A stretch of DNA of 64,000 nucleotides from Nemertoderma westbladi (Eukaryota > Animalia > Xenacoelomorpha): assembly GCA_032718475.1 (NCBI GenBank), contig JAUCBJ010001498.1, forward strand, positions 8,948 through 72,947, read 5' to 3'. Positions 1 to 24,200 of the stretch are shown in pieces (the stretch's first letter is position 1; each line of letters starts with the position of its first letter). The notes below the pieces were generated by a model, which saw only the letters and a program-made list of their open reading frames with translations, did not search any database and was not told the origin of the DNA. Position numbers and translations under genes: made by a program.

Positions 1-3000
1 ACTCACCTGTGAGCAACCCATCACACACTCATCTGTGAGCAACCCATCACACTCTCATCTGTGATCAGCCCATCCCAAACTCACGTGAGCAACGGCATCC
101 AACACTCACCTGTGAACAACCCATCCCAAACTCACCGGCGAGCAACCAACCCCAATCACCTGTGAGCAACCCACATCCCACTCTCACCTGTGAGCAACCC
201 ATCCCATACTCACCTGTGAGCAACCCATCACTCACTCACCTGTGAGCAACCCATCCCACACTCACCTGTGAGCAACCCATCACTCACTCACCTGTGAGCA
301 ACCCATCCCACACTCACCTGTGAGCAACCCATCCCACACTCACCTGTGAGCAACCCATCCCACACTCACCTGTGAGCAACCCATCACACACTCATCTGTG
401 AGCAACCCATCACACTCTCATCTGTGATCAGCCCATCCCAAACTCACGTGAGCAACGGCATCCAACACTCACCTGTGAACAACCCATCCCAAACTCACCG
501 GCGAGCAACCAACCCCAATCATCTGTGAGCAACCCATCCCACTCTCACCTGTGAGCAACCCATCCCACACTCACCTGTGAGCAACCCATCACTCACTCAC
601 CTGTGAGCAACCCATCCCACACTCACCTGTGAGCAACCCATCACTCACTCACCTGTGAGCAACCCATCCCACACTCACCTGTGAGCAACCCATCACTCAC
701 TCACCTGTGAGCAACCCATCCCACACTCACCTGTGAGCAACCCATCCCACACTCACCTGTGAGCAACCCATCACACACTCATCTGTGAGCAACCCATCAC
801 ACTCTCATCTGTGATCAGCCCATCCCAAACTCACGTGAGCAACGGCATCCAACACTCACCTGTGAACAACCCATCCCAAACTCACCGGCGAGCAACCAAC
901 CCCAATCACCTGTGAGCAACCCATCCCACTCTCACCTGTGAGCAACCCATCCCAAACTCACCGGCGAGCAACCCATCACTCACTCACCTGTGAGCAACCC
1001 ATCACTCACTCACCTGTGAGCAACCCATCCCACACTCACCTGTGAGCAACCCATCACTCACTCACCTGTGAGCAACCCATCACTCACTCACCTGTGAGCA
1101 ACCCATCCCTCACTCACCTGTGAGCAACCCATCACTCACTCACCTGTGAGCAACCCATCCCACACTCACCTGTGAGCAACCCTTCCCACACTCACCTGTG
1201 AGCAACCCATCCCACACTCACCTGTGAGCAACCCATCACACATTCACCTGTGAGCAACCCATCACACAATCACCTGTGAGCAACCCATCCCAAACTCAAC
1301 TGTGAGCAACCCATCCCACTCTCACCTGTGAGCAACCCATCCCACACTCACATGTGAGCAACCCATCCCACACTCACCTGTGAGCAACCCATCCCACACT
1401 CACCTGTGAGCAACCCATCCCACACTCACCTGTGAGCAACCCATCCCACACTCACCTGTGAGCAACCCATCCCACACTCACCTGTGAGCAACCCATCCCA
1501 CATTCACCTGTTTGCAACCCATCACACACTCACCTGTGAGCAACCCATCACACACTCACCTGTGAGCAACCCATCACACACTCACCTGTGAGCAACCCAT
1601 CCCACACTCACCTGTGAGCAACCCATCACTCACTCACCTGTGAGCAACCCATTCCACACTCACCTGTGAGCAACCCATCACTCACTCACCTGTGAGCAAC
1701 CCATCACTCACTCACCTGTGAGCAACCCTTCCCACACTCACCTGTGAGCAACCCATCCCACACTCACCTGTGAGCAACCCATCACACACTCACCTGTGAG
1801 CAACCCACCACACTCACCTGTGAGCAACCCATCCCACACTCACCTGTGAGCAACCCATCACTCACTCACCTGTGAGCAACCCATCCTACACTCACCTGTG
1901 AGCAACCCATCACTCACTCACCTGTGAGCAACCCATCCCACATTTACCTGTGAGCAACCCTTCCCACACTCACCTGTGAGCAACCCATCACACACTCACC
2001 GGTGAGCAACCCATCACACACTCACCTGTGAGCAACCCATCCCAAACTCAACTGTGAACAACCCATCCCACTCTCACCTGTGAGCAACCCATCCCACACT
2101 CACCTGTGAGCAACCCATCACTGACTCACCTGTGAGCAACCCATCCCACACTCACCTGTGAGCAACCCATCCCACACTCACCTGTGAGCAACTCATCCCA
2201 CACTCACCTGTGAGCAATCCATCCCACACTCACCTGTGAGCAACCCATCACACACTCACCTGTGAGCAACCCATCACACACTCACCTGTGAGCAACCCAT
2301 CCCAAACTCACCGGCGAGCAACCCATCCCACACTCACCTGTGAGCAACCCATCCCACACTCACCTGTGAGCAACCCATCACACACTCACCTGTGAGCAAC
2401 TCATCACACACTAACCTGTGAGCAACCCATCCCAAACTCACCGGCGAGCAACCCATCCCACACTCACCTGTGAGCAACCCATCACTCACTCACCTGTGAG
2501 CAACCCATCCCACACTCACCTGTGAGCAACCCATCACTTACTCACCTGTGAGCAACCCATCCCACACTCACCTGTGAGCAACCCATCCCACACTCACCTG
2601 TGAGCAACCCATCCCACACTCACCTGTGAGCAACCCATCACACACTCATCTGTGAGCAACCCATCACACTCTCATCTGTGATCAGCCCATCCCAAACTCA
2701 CGTGAGCAACGGCATCCAACACTCACCTGTGAACAACCCATCCCAAACTCACCGGCGAGCAACCAACCCCAATCACCTGTGAGCAACCCATCCCACTCTC
2801 ACCTGTGAGCAACCCATCCCACACTCACCTGTGAGCAACCCATCACTCACTCACCTGTGAGCAACCCATCCCACACTCACCTGTGAGCAACCCATCACTC
2901 ACTCACCTGTGAGCAACCCATCCCACACTCACCTGTGAGCAACCCATCCCACACTCACCTGTGAGCAACCCATCACACACTCATCTGTGAGCAACCCATT

Positions 3001-4358
3001 ACACTCTCATCTGTGATCAGCCCATCCCAAACTCACGTGAGCAACGGCATCCAACACTCACCTGTGAACAACCCATCCCAAACTCACCGGCGAGCAACCA
3101 ACCCCAATCACCTGTGAGCAACCCTTCCCACACTCACCTGTGAGCAACCCATCACACACTCACCTGTGAGCAACCCATCCCAAACTCAACTGTGAACAAC
3201 CCATCCCACTCTCACCTGTGAGCAACCCATCCCACACTCACCTGTGAGCAACCCATCACTCACTCACCTGTGAGCAACCCATCCCACACTCACCTGTGAG
3301 CAACCCATCCCACACTCACCTGTGAGCAACTCATCCCACACTCACCTGTGAGCAATCCATCCCACACTCACCTGTGAGCAACCCATCACACACTCACCTG
3401 TGAGCAACCCATCACACACTCACCTGTGAGCAACCCATCCCAAACTCACCGGCGAGCAACCCATCCCACACTCACCTGTGAGCAACCCATCCCACACTCA
3501 CCTGTGAGCAACCCATCACACACTCACCTGTGAGCAACCCATCACACACTAACCTGTGAGCAACCCATCCCAAACTCACCGGCGAGCAACCCATCCCACA
3601 CTCAACTATGAGCAACCCATCCCACTCTCACCTGTGAGCAACCCATCCCACACTCACCTGTGAGCAACCCATCACTCACTCACCTGTGAGCAACCCATCC
3701 CACACTCACCTGTGAGCAACCCATCACTCACTCACCAGTGAGCAACCCATCCCACACTCACCTGTGAGCAACCCATCCCACACTCACCTGTGAGCAACCC
3801 ATCCACACTCACCTGTGAGCAACCCATCACTCACTTACCTGTGAGCAACCCATCCCGCACTCACCTGTGAGCAACCCATCACACACTAACCTGTGAGCAA
3901 CTCATCCCACAGTCACATATGAGCAACCCATCACACACTCACCTGTGAGCAACCCATCACACACTCACCCGTGAGCAACCCATCACACACTCACCTGTGA
4001 GCAACCCATCACACACTCACCTGTGAGCAATCCATCACAAACTCACCTGTGAGCAAACCATCCTACACTCACCTGTGAGCAACCCATCCCACTCTCACCT
4101 GTGAGCAATCCATCCCACACTCACCTGTGAGCAACCCATCACTCACTCACCTGTGAGCAACCCATCCCACACTTACCTGTGAGCAACCCATCCCACAGTC
4201 ACCTGTGAGCAACCCATCACACACTCACCTGTGAGCAACCCATCACACACTCACCTGTGAGCAACCCATCCCAAACTCACCGGCGAGCAACCCATCCCAC
4301 ACTCAACTGTGAGCAACCCATCCCACTCTCACCTGTGAGCAACCCATCCCACACTCAC
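1..4358. repeat. Satellite 1 (26-bp monomer CACCTGTGAGCAACCCATCCCACACT), left segment; continues beyond window start
   Basis: Directly visible tandem 26-mer with point variants. Confidence 0.98.
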
Positions 4359-4520
4359 AACTAACTGACACTCATTAACTCACTGTTAATTGCCTGACTG
4401 GCCCTACTGCCCTACTGCCCTTCTGTGACTGGCCCTACTGCCCTACTGCCCACTGATGTAGTTTGCTCGGAATCCCAAACTTCCTTTTGCGCAAGGGAAA
4501 AAAAAAAAATCTCAGCAACG

Positions 4521-5405
4521 ATGTCGAATTCTCAAGAAAAACCACAATTGAATTTGTCAGATCTCGCCGGAATATCGAAACAACAATTTCTAGCAAAGAT
4601 TACAAAGGAACGATTGTACGAAGCATTACAATCCGCAGGACTTCTCGATGACTCAAGGGATACTCAACTGAACGAGACAAGTTCACAGCAATGCAAATCA
4701 GATATGGCCACCATAATCCGTGATGCAATTCGTAACGAGTTGGCGGATGTTAAGGGCGAAATCTCTGGCGTTAATAAGAAACTAGACGAGCTGGGTGCTC
4801 TACGATCAAAAGTAACGGCGCTAAACGACGTGGTTGACAACGTGAAGAAAGATAATGCAAAACTACGCAGCGAGGTAGAAGGTTGTAAAGATGTTATAGC
4901 AAAACAGCAGCGTCAACTAGAAGTTTTTGACACTGACAGAAGATCGAAGAATATAATTATTCGTGGGATACCAGAAATAAATCCAGAAGTAGATCGCGCA
5001 TTTTCAATAAAGATATTGAAGATTGCCGGCATGGAGAACCCTAACAACGTTTCGTTTAGACGATTAGGACGACAGTCAGATACAACTAATGGGACACAAC
5101 AGGGTGGGAGTGCCCCGAGTCGTCCTCGACCGGTGTTAGTTGAGCTGGAGTCTCGCTATATTCGTGATAAGCTACTAGTTGGTGCCAAATCGTTGTCTAA
5201 GGCAGGAGAGGAATTTCACAACGTATATATTAAACGAGATGAGATACCCCAGACCCTTGAAATGAATAGCAAACTGTACAAAGCGCTGCACGAGGAGAAA
5301 CAGAAGCCCGTCAATATCAATGCAAACGTATTTATTAACTGGCGTACAAGGTGTGTGATGAGGGATAATACTGTATTATTTCAGGTACCCAAATTGGGTT
5401 TTTAA
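4521..5405 (+). CDS. LINE ORF1 (coiled coil plus RRM-like nucleic-acid-binding domain)
   Basis: Heptad-rich region followed by RRSKNIIIRGIPE...FRRLGR...RPRPVLVEL...VYIKRD, typical of LINE ORF1p. First ATG at 4521. Confidence 0.85.
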   Translation: MSNSQEKPQLNLSDLAGISKQQFLAKITKERLYEALQSAGLLDDSRDTQLNETSSQQCKSDMATIIRDAIRNELADVKGEISGVNKKLDELGALRSKVTALNDVVDNVKKDNAKLRSEVEGCKDVIAKQQRQLEVFDTDRRSKNIIIRGIPEINPEVDRAFSIKILKIAGMENPNNVSFRRLGRQSDTTNGTQQGGSAPSRPRPVLVELESRYIRDKLLVGAKSLSKAGEEFHNVYIKRDEIPQTLEMNSKLYKALHEEKQKPVNINANVFINWRTRCVMRDNTVLFQVPKLGF

Positions 5406-8400
5406 TAGGGCCGTGTGTAGATCTTAACATTCTTTGGTTTAATATCGCTGGAATTCAGAATAAGTTAGAAAATAGAAATACTGTACACTTTTTACTCCAA
5501 TTTGACATTATATTTTTATTGGAAATTAATAGTGCTTTGAATTTTACTGTACCTGGGCTCAAGTTTTTAAAGCGAAGTAAAATTTTACAAGGCAGAGGCC
5601 ACCGTGGCGGTGTGGCTCTATTTGCCAAACCGTTTTTAGAGGATTTTATTACTGAAATAAAAGACAATTATGAGGACCAGTTGTGGATAAAAATACCTAC
5701 CGTAGATTCAAGGTATATCGGAGGATGTTACATCCCCAATAGCAGTTCAAAATTTTTTGATATATCATGTTTTGGGATTATTCAGGGTATGTTTATGTCT
5801 GGGGATGCCCTATTGGCCGGAGGTGATTTAAACAGTAGAATTGGTTACCCCGGTTGCCAACCGCTGGATGGGGCCTATAAAACCTGGCCAGATAATACTG
5901 TAAATAGCCATGGGAAAATATTGAAACAAATGTGTACTGACACGGATGCAGTTATTGTGAACGGTTTAAAAGTACCATCATGTGATTTTCAGAGTGGTCT
6001 AACTTATAAAATAAAAGGAGTATGGAAGTCAGCTTTGGACTATATAATAGTAGCGAGGTCTCACGTAGAAGGTCCCAACAATAAACTCAGGTCATTAACT
6101 ATTTGGTCTGACATAACCTTACCATCTGATCATGCACCAATTAGTATATCTATTAGAGCAAACGAGATGCCTCTGGCACTATTAGATAAGCGAGCAACGA
6201 GTTTAGGTACCTATGACAATTACCTTAAAAGAGGGCACGAGGTAGCACATCGATTGAAGCCAAACCAAAACAGTGTATCCAACTATACCCAGTATATGCG
6301 AGTCAATAACCCACCGCCGTCATTGAGTATGAACATGAGTGATGTGCATTTCATTTGTAACGAACTTAGTAACCAATTATATGCTGCAGCAAAAACAACC
6401 CGTTGTAGGATAAAGGCGAGAGCTGGCAGTACCGACACCACATCTTGGGGGAATGAGAGGTGGAACCACTTACTTGCATGTAAAGACTCTAAAACGTTAT
6501 GGGCTGCCATTGATTGGAGAGGTAATGTATCTACGCTGTCAACTCAAACAGATAGTCCAACATGCCCAACAGACGATGAATTTCAAGCTCATTACATACA
6601 ATGCGCTATTAAATGATCCTGAGTATATAGAAGAGCAAATTGAATCTGAAATTAATATCCCTCTTTTAGATGAAGATATAACAATCAATGAAGTCAATGA
6701 CGCAGCCTCGAAACTGAAATCGAACCGTGCTAGCGGTCCAGATGGATTGGCATCCGAATATTTGAAATCACTTCCAATGAACTGGCTGATTACTTTAACA
6801 ATGATATTTAACTTGGTATTCTCTTCTAGAATTTACCCGAACACATGGGCATATGCTACACTTGTGTCAATCTTTAAGAAAGGAAATCGAATGTTATGTT
6901 CGAATTATAGGGGGATCAGTGTCATGAACTGTATACCTAAGCTTTATGATATGATATTAACTAGTAGGCTCATGGCCTGGTATAAACCATTACCTGAGCA
7001 AGCAGGTGCTAGTAAGGGCCGAGGATGTATTGAGCAAATACTGGCGATACGATTGCTTTGTGATCATGCGAGGAAATGTAAAGCTATACTCTATGTGGTC
7101 TTTGTAGATTTCGAAAAGGCCTATGACAATGTTAATCGTAACTACATGTTTGAAATGTTGAATAAGCTTGGTTGTGGTTCTAGAATGCTTAGAGCTTTAC
7201 AGGCTATGTATAAGACAACTATTGCTTCAGTCCACTCACTATATATTATTTGTAATAAAGGCGTCCGCCAAGGTTCACCAGGAAGCTTATACTTGTTCGT
7301 AACCATTATTGATTGTTTTGTAAGAGCACTTAAAAAGCTCACACCCGATAGCTGGCTCAGAAAGCTCCACAGTGTACTACTTATGGATGATACTGCAATA
7401 ATGGGAACATCTAGGGAGGCAATTATTGTGAAATTAAAAGTGCTTGAGGAATTCTGCCGGACTTCTGGGATGATCATCAATATTAAGAAAACCAAATTTA
7501 TTGTAATAAACGGAACTGACGATGACAAACGCGACTTCATTATTGGGAACAAAGCAATAAAATATACAAATTCATATATATATCTGGGCTCACCTATTTC
7601 TGCAGACGGTTTAGTTTCAACCGCAATAGAGCTGATAGCAAAGGAGAAACAGTCGCACTTATTGAAATTCTCTACATTCATCAATAAGAACCCTGATGTA
7701 CCATTCCGTGTGAAAAGGAAAATTTTTGATGCTGCCTTAATCAGCAATTACATATGGGTGCGAAACATGGTGCGGTGGGTCAATAGTTCCAATGACGAAG
7801 ATTTACATGTCAATGGTACGTCTGTTATTGGGTGTCCGACCAACAACGTGTGGCGACATTTGCCTGATCGAGCTCGGTATTCCTGACTTTGAGACTTTAG
7901 TCCTGGACAAACAACGAAAATTCTTAAATAACTTCACTATTGTCGATGATTCCCCTCTAAAGATAGCTATGGAACTCGTTGAAGTTTCTAGAAGTCCAAT
8001 GTACCTAGCTATGGAGAGGGTAAGGAAACTGCCCAATAATTACCTTGATCAGCAGCATTCAAAACTCACGAAATCGGTAGTAACATCAATGACAACAAAA
8101 CGTCACCTTTATAAACTAATGAACCCTACTACGTCACCACCTCATTTATACTTTGATCCAAGGGTTCCAGAACGTCATAGGATATCCTGGTCCCGCTTCA
8201 GATTAGGCAGCCACAATTTCCCAGTTGAACGAATGCGGTGGGCGAGAGTGAAACCAGAGGAGCGTTGGTGTCAGTGCGGGGCAATTCAAACTGAACAGCA
8301 CTTAGTTACGGAGTGTCCTAAAGCACTGAAACATAGAACAGAGACAGAGGGGTGTACTGGAACGGCTTGGAACGATCTGGCTAGTTTATTTGCTTTGGAA

Positions 8401-8454
8401 AACCAGCCTGCTATAGCCAAAATGATTTATAAAATAAACGGCGAATTTGATTGA
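5402..8454 (+). pseudogene. LINE ORF2 (APE endonuclease, reverse transcriptase, C-terminal CCHC) with two frameshifts
   Basis: APE motifs WFNIAG, GGVALF, GDLNSR, LDYI, SDHAPI. RT motifs ASGPDG, NYRGIS, FVDFEKAYD, GVRQGSPGS, LMDD, YLGS. C-terminal CQCG..EQHLVTEC. Frameshifts at about 6595 (4-nt TACA duplication) and about 7740 (SAITYGCETW continues in another frame). Confidence 0.88.
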
Positions 8455-8823
8455 TATTTTGAAAGAATTTTCTATTTGAAAGGTTGAACATATTTGGTTT
8501 TTGTATCTTAGTTTCATGACAATTTATTTATTTGAAAATTTAAGTAAGTGAAGTTTCTTTTACGGAGCCCCTGAAGTTTTCATTAGTTTTCGACAATGAA
8601 TCGATTATTATATATATATATATTATATATATATTTTACGTATATTTTTTACGTATGCTATATTTTACGTATGTATAATATATTTATTTACTGTAAGAGA
8701 ATTATTTATTGTTCTTACCGGTACATTTACTGGTCTCACCATTCTTCACACGGCCAAGAAGTAATTAATTTGTGATATAATATTGTGTATTTATATGTGA
8801 TGACAATAAACTTCAATCAATCA

Positions 8824-19736
<10,913 letters not shown>

Positions 19737-20055
19737 TTAGGCCTAAATGTATACCGGTAGCCGTTTGATATGAAAAATAGAATTAAAAAATGTACAACAA
19801 GAAACGAACATGTTAGCACCGTTCAAATTACTTTAATAGAAAGATACACCCCAGTCGAATTCGGGGCGAATTAGAACAATTAAGTAGTCGAATTCGGGGC
19901 GAATTAGCACAATTAAGTAAAGTATTTTATTCCAAAATTGGAACATTACTCAACGCCGTTAGTATTAACAGCGAGTTGTTATTTAGCACTTTACAACTTT
20001 AGAGGACATTACACAGCATTGTATTGGCCTGTACATTTAGTATTGTATTTGATGT

Positions 20056-20146
20056 TATTGTTTGCGTGGTAACACTTGACGGCGTTAAGTAATGTCCACT
20101 AAGGGGACATTACTTAACGCCATCATGAGTTACCACGTAAACAATA
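20056..20146. other. Intronic inverted repeat (42-bp arms, 7-nt loop)
   Basis: Arm 20056-20097 is the reverse complement of 20105-20146 with 4 mismatches. Confidence 0.85.
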
Positions 20147-20646
20147 GGTGGAAATATGCCTGACAGCCAGATAGGCCTACTGCATTACCTATAGCTACTG
20201 CAATACTGTATAGCTATTAATAACCAGTAGGGCCTAGCTATATTATTATTATTACATGGCTCCAAACGCCACCATAAATATAAGCTAACTTATTTATAAC
20301 ATAATTTATGTCATTTTTACATTTATTTATACAGCAACTAATATAATTTGTGATTTCTATCACTTGCAATGTATATGTACAATCATTTCGTAATGTTAAA
20401 ATTTGGAATAAAACTACATCCATACTTGTTGAAAAGTACTTTACTGTGTTCTGATCCTCGTGGCTTTATTTTCACTCACTCACTACAAAGCCACTCGGAT
20501 CATCACACTGTAAAGTGCTACTTTACACACAAGTATGTAAATAGTTATAATACGTAGCAAAAGCTAAAAAGAGTTTTATAATTATTGAGAGAGGGTATTA
20601 AATATGGAGGCATTACAATTTAAGATGAAATAGAACTAACACCAAC

Positions 20647-20774
20647 CTGCCGGGGACTTTCAGCAATATATTTTCTGGTTTCAAGTCGCAATGAATTATT
20701 CGATGCTCGTGCAGAGTGCGAAGGCAGACAACCATAGAATTCGCGAATTTTCGGACAAGTTCTAAACTGAATCC
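20647..20774 (-). CDS. DYRK2: DYRK kinase exon (catalytic loop), not in the ORF track
   Basis: Manual translation gives [42 protein letters not shown](R). HCDLKPEN is the DYRK signature. Acceptor atccag|, donor AG|GTTGGT. Confidence 0.93.
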
Positions 20775-21228
20775 CTGGATAATAAGAAATTTAGTTTCAC
20801 TAAAAAAAAGAGTTGAACAGGTGCACTGGTGGCACTTCCTTTAAATCGTAGACTTGTAATTTGAATTTCCCTTTTATTCTTTGTAGCTTGGTCTTGGTAA
20901 GCTGAAGCAGCACCATAAACTTACGCCAATCACGCTTATGCGAGATTGACCTCCCTCCTCCTCCGTGGGTGAGCAATACTTTTTCTTTCATTCTTTAGCT
21001 ACAAGCGTTTAAAAAAGGTATCTCCGTCAATATTGCACCAGTCGTACTGCAGTTATTCTTTAACCTTATAGTGATTTGTTGGTACAGGTACAGATGTAAA
21101 GCTGCCAAACTATTCTTCTAGAGCATTTTGTTAAAATCTATGAATACAGTGAAAAGCTACGAAATAGTAATATTACTGTTGACACAACAACCAGGATATC
21201 GGTCCATGGATTTCACCACGAAATATAT

Positions 21229-24200
21229 GCCGACGCCAACCCAGCAGACAGCTGTTTGTGTCTCTTTTGCTGTTACCTTGCTCTGACACCAACCCAGACA
21301 TAGCTGTATGTGTCTGTTTGCTGAGACCTGGCTCCAACGCCAATCCAGACAGCTGTTTGTGTCTGCTTTGCTGAGACCTGGCTCCGACGCCAACCCAAAC
21401 AGCTGTTTGTGTCTGCTTTGCTGAGACCTGGCTCCGACGCCAACCCAGACAGCTGTATGTGTCTGCTTTACTGAGACCTGGCTCCGACGCCAACCCAGAC
21501 AGCTGTTTGTGTCTGCTTTGCTGAGACCTGGCTCCGACGCCAACCCAGACAGCTGTTTGTGTCTGCTTTGCTGAGACCTGGCTCCGACACCAAGACAGCT
21601 GTTTGTGTCTGCTTTGCTGAGACCTGTCTCCGACGCCAACCCAGACAGCTGTTTGTGTCTGCTTTGCTGAGACCTGGCTCCGACGCCAACCCAGACAGCT
21701 GCAGGTGTCTGCTTTGCTGAGACCTGGCTCCGACAGCAAGACAGCTGTTTGTGTCTGCTTTGCTGAGACCTGGCTCCGACAACAACCCAGACAGCTGTTT
21801 GTGTCTGCTTTGCTGAGACCTGGCTCCGATACCAACCCAGGCAGCTGTTTGTGTCTGCTTTGCTGAGACCTGGATCCGACACCAACCCAGACAGCAGTTT
21901 GTGTCTGCTTTGCTGAGACCTGGATCCGACACCAAGACAGCTGTTTGTGTCGCTTTGCTGAGACCTGGCTCCGACGCCAACCCAGACAGCTGTTTGTGTC
22001 TGCTTTGCTGAGACCTGGTTCCGACGCCAAGACAGCTGTTTGTGTCTGTTTTGCTGAGACCTGGCTCCGACGCCAACCCAGACAGATGTTTGTGTCTGCT
22101 TTGCTGAGACCTGGCTCCGACACCAACCCAGACAGCTGTTTGTGTCTGCTTTGCTGAGACCTGGCTCCGATACCAACCCAGGCAGCTGTTTGTGTCTGCT
22201 TTGCCGAGACCTGGATCCGACACAAACCCAGACACCTGTTTGTGTCTGCTTTGCAGAGACCTGGCTCCGATACCAACCCAAACAGCTGTTTGTGTCTGCT
22301 TTGCTGAGACCTGGCTCCGACGCCAACCCAGACAGCTGTTTGTGTCTGCTTTGCTGAGACCTGGTTCCAACGCCAACCCAGACAGCTGTTTGAGTCTGCT
22401 TTGCTGAAACCTGGCTCCGACACCAACCCAGACAGCGGTTTGTGTCTGCGTTGGTGAGACCTGGCTCCGACACCAACCCAGACAGCTGTTTGTGTCTGCT
22501 TTGCTGGAACCTGGATCCGACACTAACCCAGACAGCTGTTTGTGTCTGCTTTGCTGGGACCTGGCTCCGACGCCAACCCAGACAGCTGTTTGTGTCTGCT
22601 TTGCTGGGACCTGGCTCCGACGCCAACCCAGACAGCTGTTTGTGTCTGCTTTGCTGGAACCTGGATCCGACGCCAACCCAGACAGCTGTTTGTGTCTGCT
22701 TTGCTGAGACCTGGCTCCGACGCCAAGACAGCTGTTTGTGTCTGCTTTGCTAAGACCTGGCTCCGACGCCAACCCAGACAGCGGTTTGTGTCTGCTTTGC
22801 TGAGACCTGGCTCCGACGCCAAGGCAGCTGTTTGTGTCTGCTTTGCTGAGACCTGGCTCCGACGCCAAACCAGACAGCTGTTTGTGTCTGCTTTGCTGAT
22901 ACCTGGCTCCGACACCAACCCAGACAGCTGTTTGTGTCTGCTTTGCTGAGACCTGGCTCCGACGCCAACCCAGACAGCTGTTTGTGTCTGCTTTGATGAG
23001 ACCTGGCTCCGACAGCAAGACAGCTGTTTGTGTCTGCTTTGCTGAGACCTGGCTCCGACGCCAACCCAGACAGCGGTTTGTGTCTGCTTTGCTGAGACCT
23101 GGCTCCGACGCCAAGGCAGCTGTTTGTGTCTGCTTTGCTGAGACCTGGATCCGACACCAACCCAGACAGCTGTTTGTGTCTGCTTTGCTGAGACCTGGCT
23201 CCGACGCCAATCCAGGCAGCTGTTTGTGTCTGCTTTGCTGAGACCTGGCTCCGACACCAACCCAGACAGCTGTTTGTGTCTGCTTTGCTGAGACCTGGCT
23301 CCGACGCCAATCCAGGCAGCTGTTTGTGTCTGCTTTGCTGAGACCTGGCTCCGACAGCAAGACAGCTGTTTGTTTCTGCTTTGCTGAGACCTGGCTCCGA
23401 TACCAACCCAAACAGCTGTTTGTGTCTGCTTTGCTGAGACCTGGCTCCGACGCCAACCCAGACAGCTGTTTGTGTCTGCTTTGCTGAGACCTGGTTCCAA
23501 CGCCAACCCAGACAGCTGTTTGAGTCTGCTTTGCTGAAACCTGGCTCCGACACCAACCCAGACAGCGGTTTGTGTCTGCGTTGCTGAGACCTGGCTCCGA
23601 CACCAACCCAGACAGCTGTTTGTGTCTGCTTTGCTGGAACCTGGATCCGACACTAACCCAGACAGCTGTTTGTGTCTGCTTTGCTGGGACCTGGCTCCGA
23701 CGCCAACCCAGACAGCTGTTTGTGTCTGCTTTGCTGGGACCTGGCTCCGACGCCAACCCAGACAGCTGTTTGTGTCTGCTTTGCTGGAACCTGGATCCGA
23801 CGCCAACCCAGACAGCTGTTTGTGTCTGCTTTGCTGAGACCTGGCTCCGACGCCAAGACAGCTGTTTGTGTCTGCTTTGCTGAGACCTGGCTCCGACGCC
23901 AACCCAGACAGCTGTTTGTGTCTGCTTTGCTGGGACCTGGATCCGACACCAACCCAGACAGCTGTTTGTGTCTGCTTTGCTGAGACCTGGCTCCGACGCC
24001 AAGACAGCTGTTTGTGTCTGCTTTGCTAAGACCTGGCTCCGACGCCAACCCAGACAGCGGTTTGTGTCTGCTTTGCTGAGACCTGGCTCCGACGCCAAGG
24101 CAGCTGTTTGTGTCTGCTTTGCTGAGACCTGGCTCCGACGCCAAACCAGACAGCTGTTTGTGTCTGCTTTGCTGATACCTGGCTCCGACACCAACCCAGA

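Larger units (their letters stand above)
4359..8823 (+). mobile_element. Near full-length two-ORF non-LTR retrotransposon (APE-RT; RTEX/CR1-group-like) inserted in satellite 1
   Basis: 5' UTR, ORF1, APE-RT-CCHC ORF2, AT-rich 3' UTR, AATAAA near 8805 and a (TCAA)n tail. The satellite register resumes on the right. The clade is an inference from motifs. Confidence 0.93.

Noticed and set aside
20800-20991. 63-aa minus-strand ORF as the missing DYRK exon
   Set aside because: No kinase similarity. The true intervening exon is at 45115-45286.
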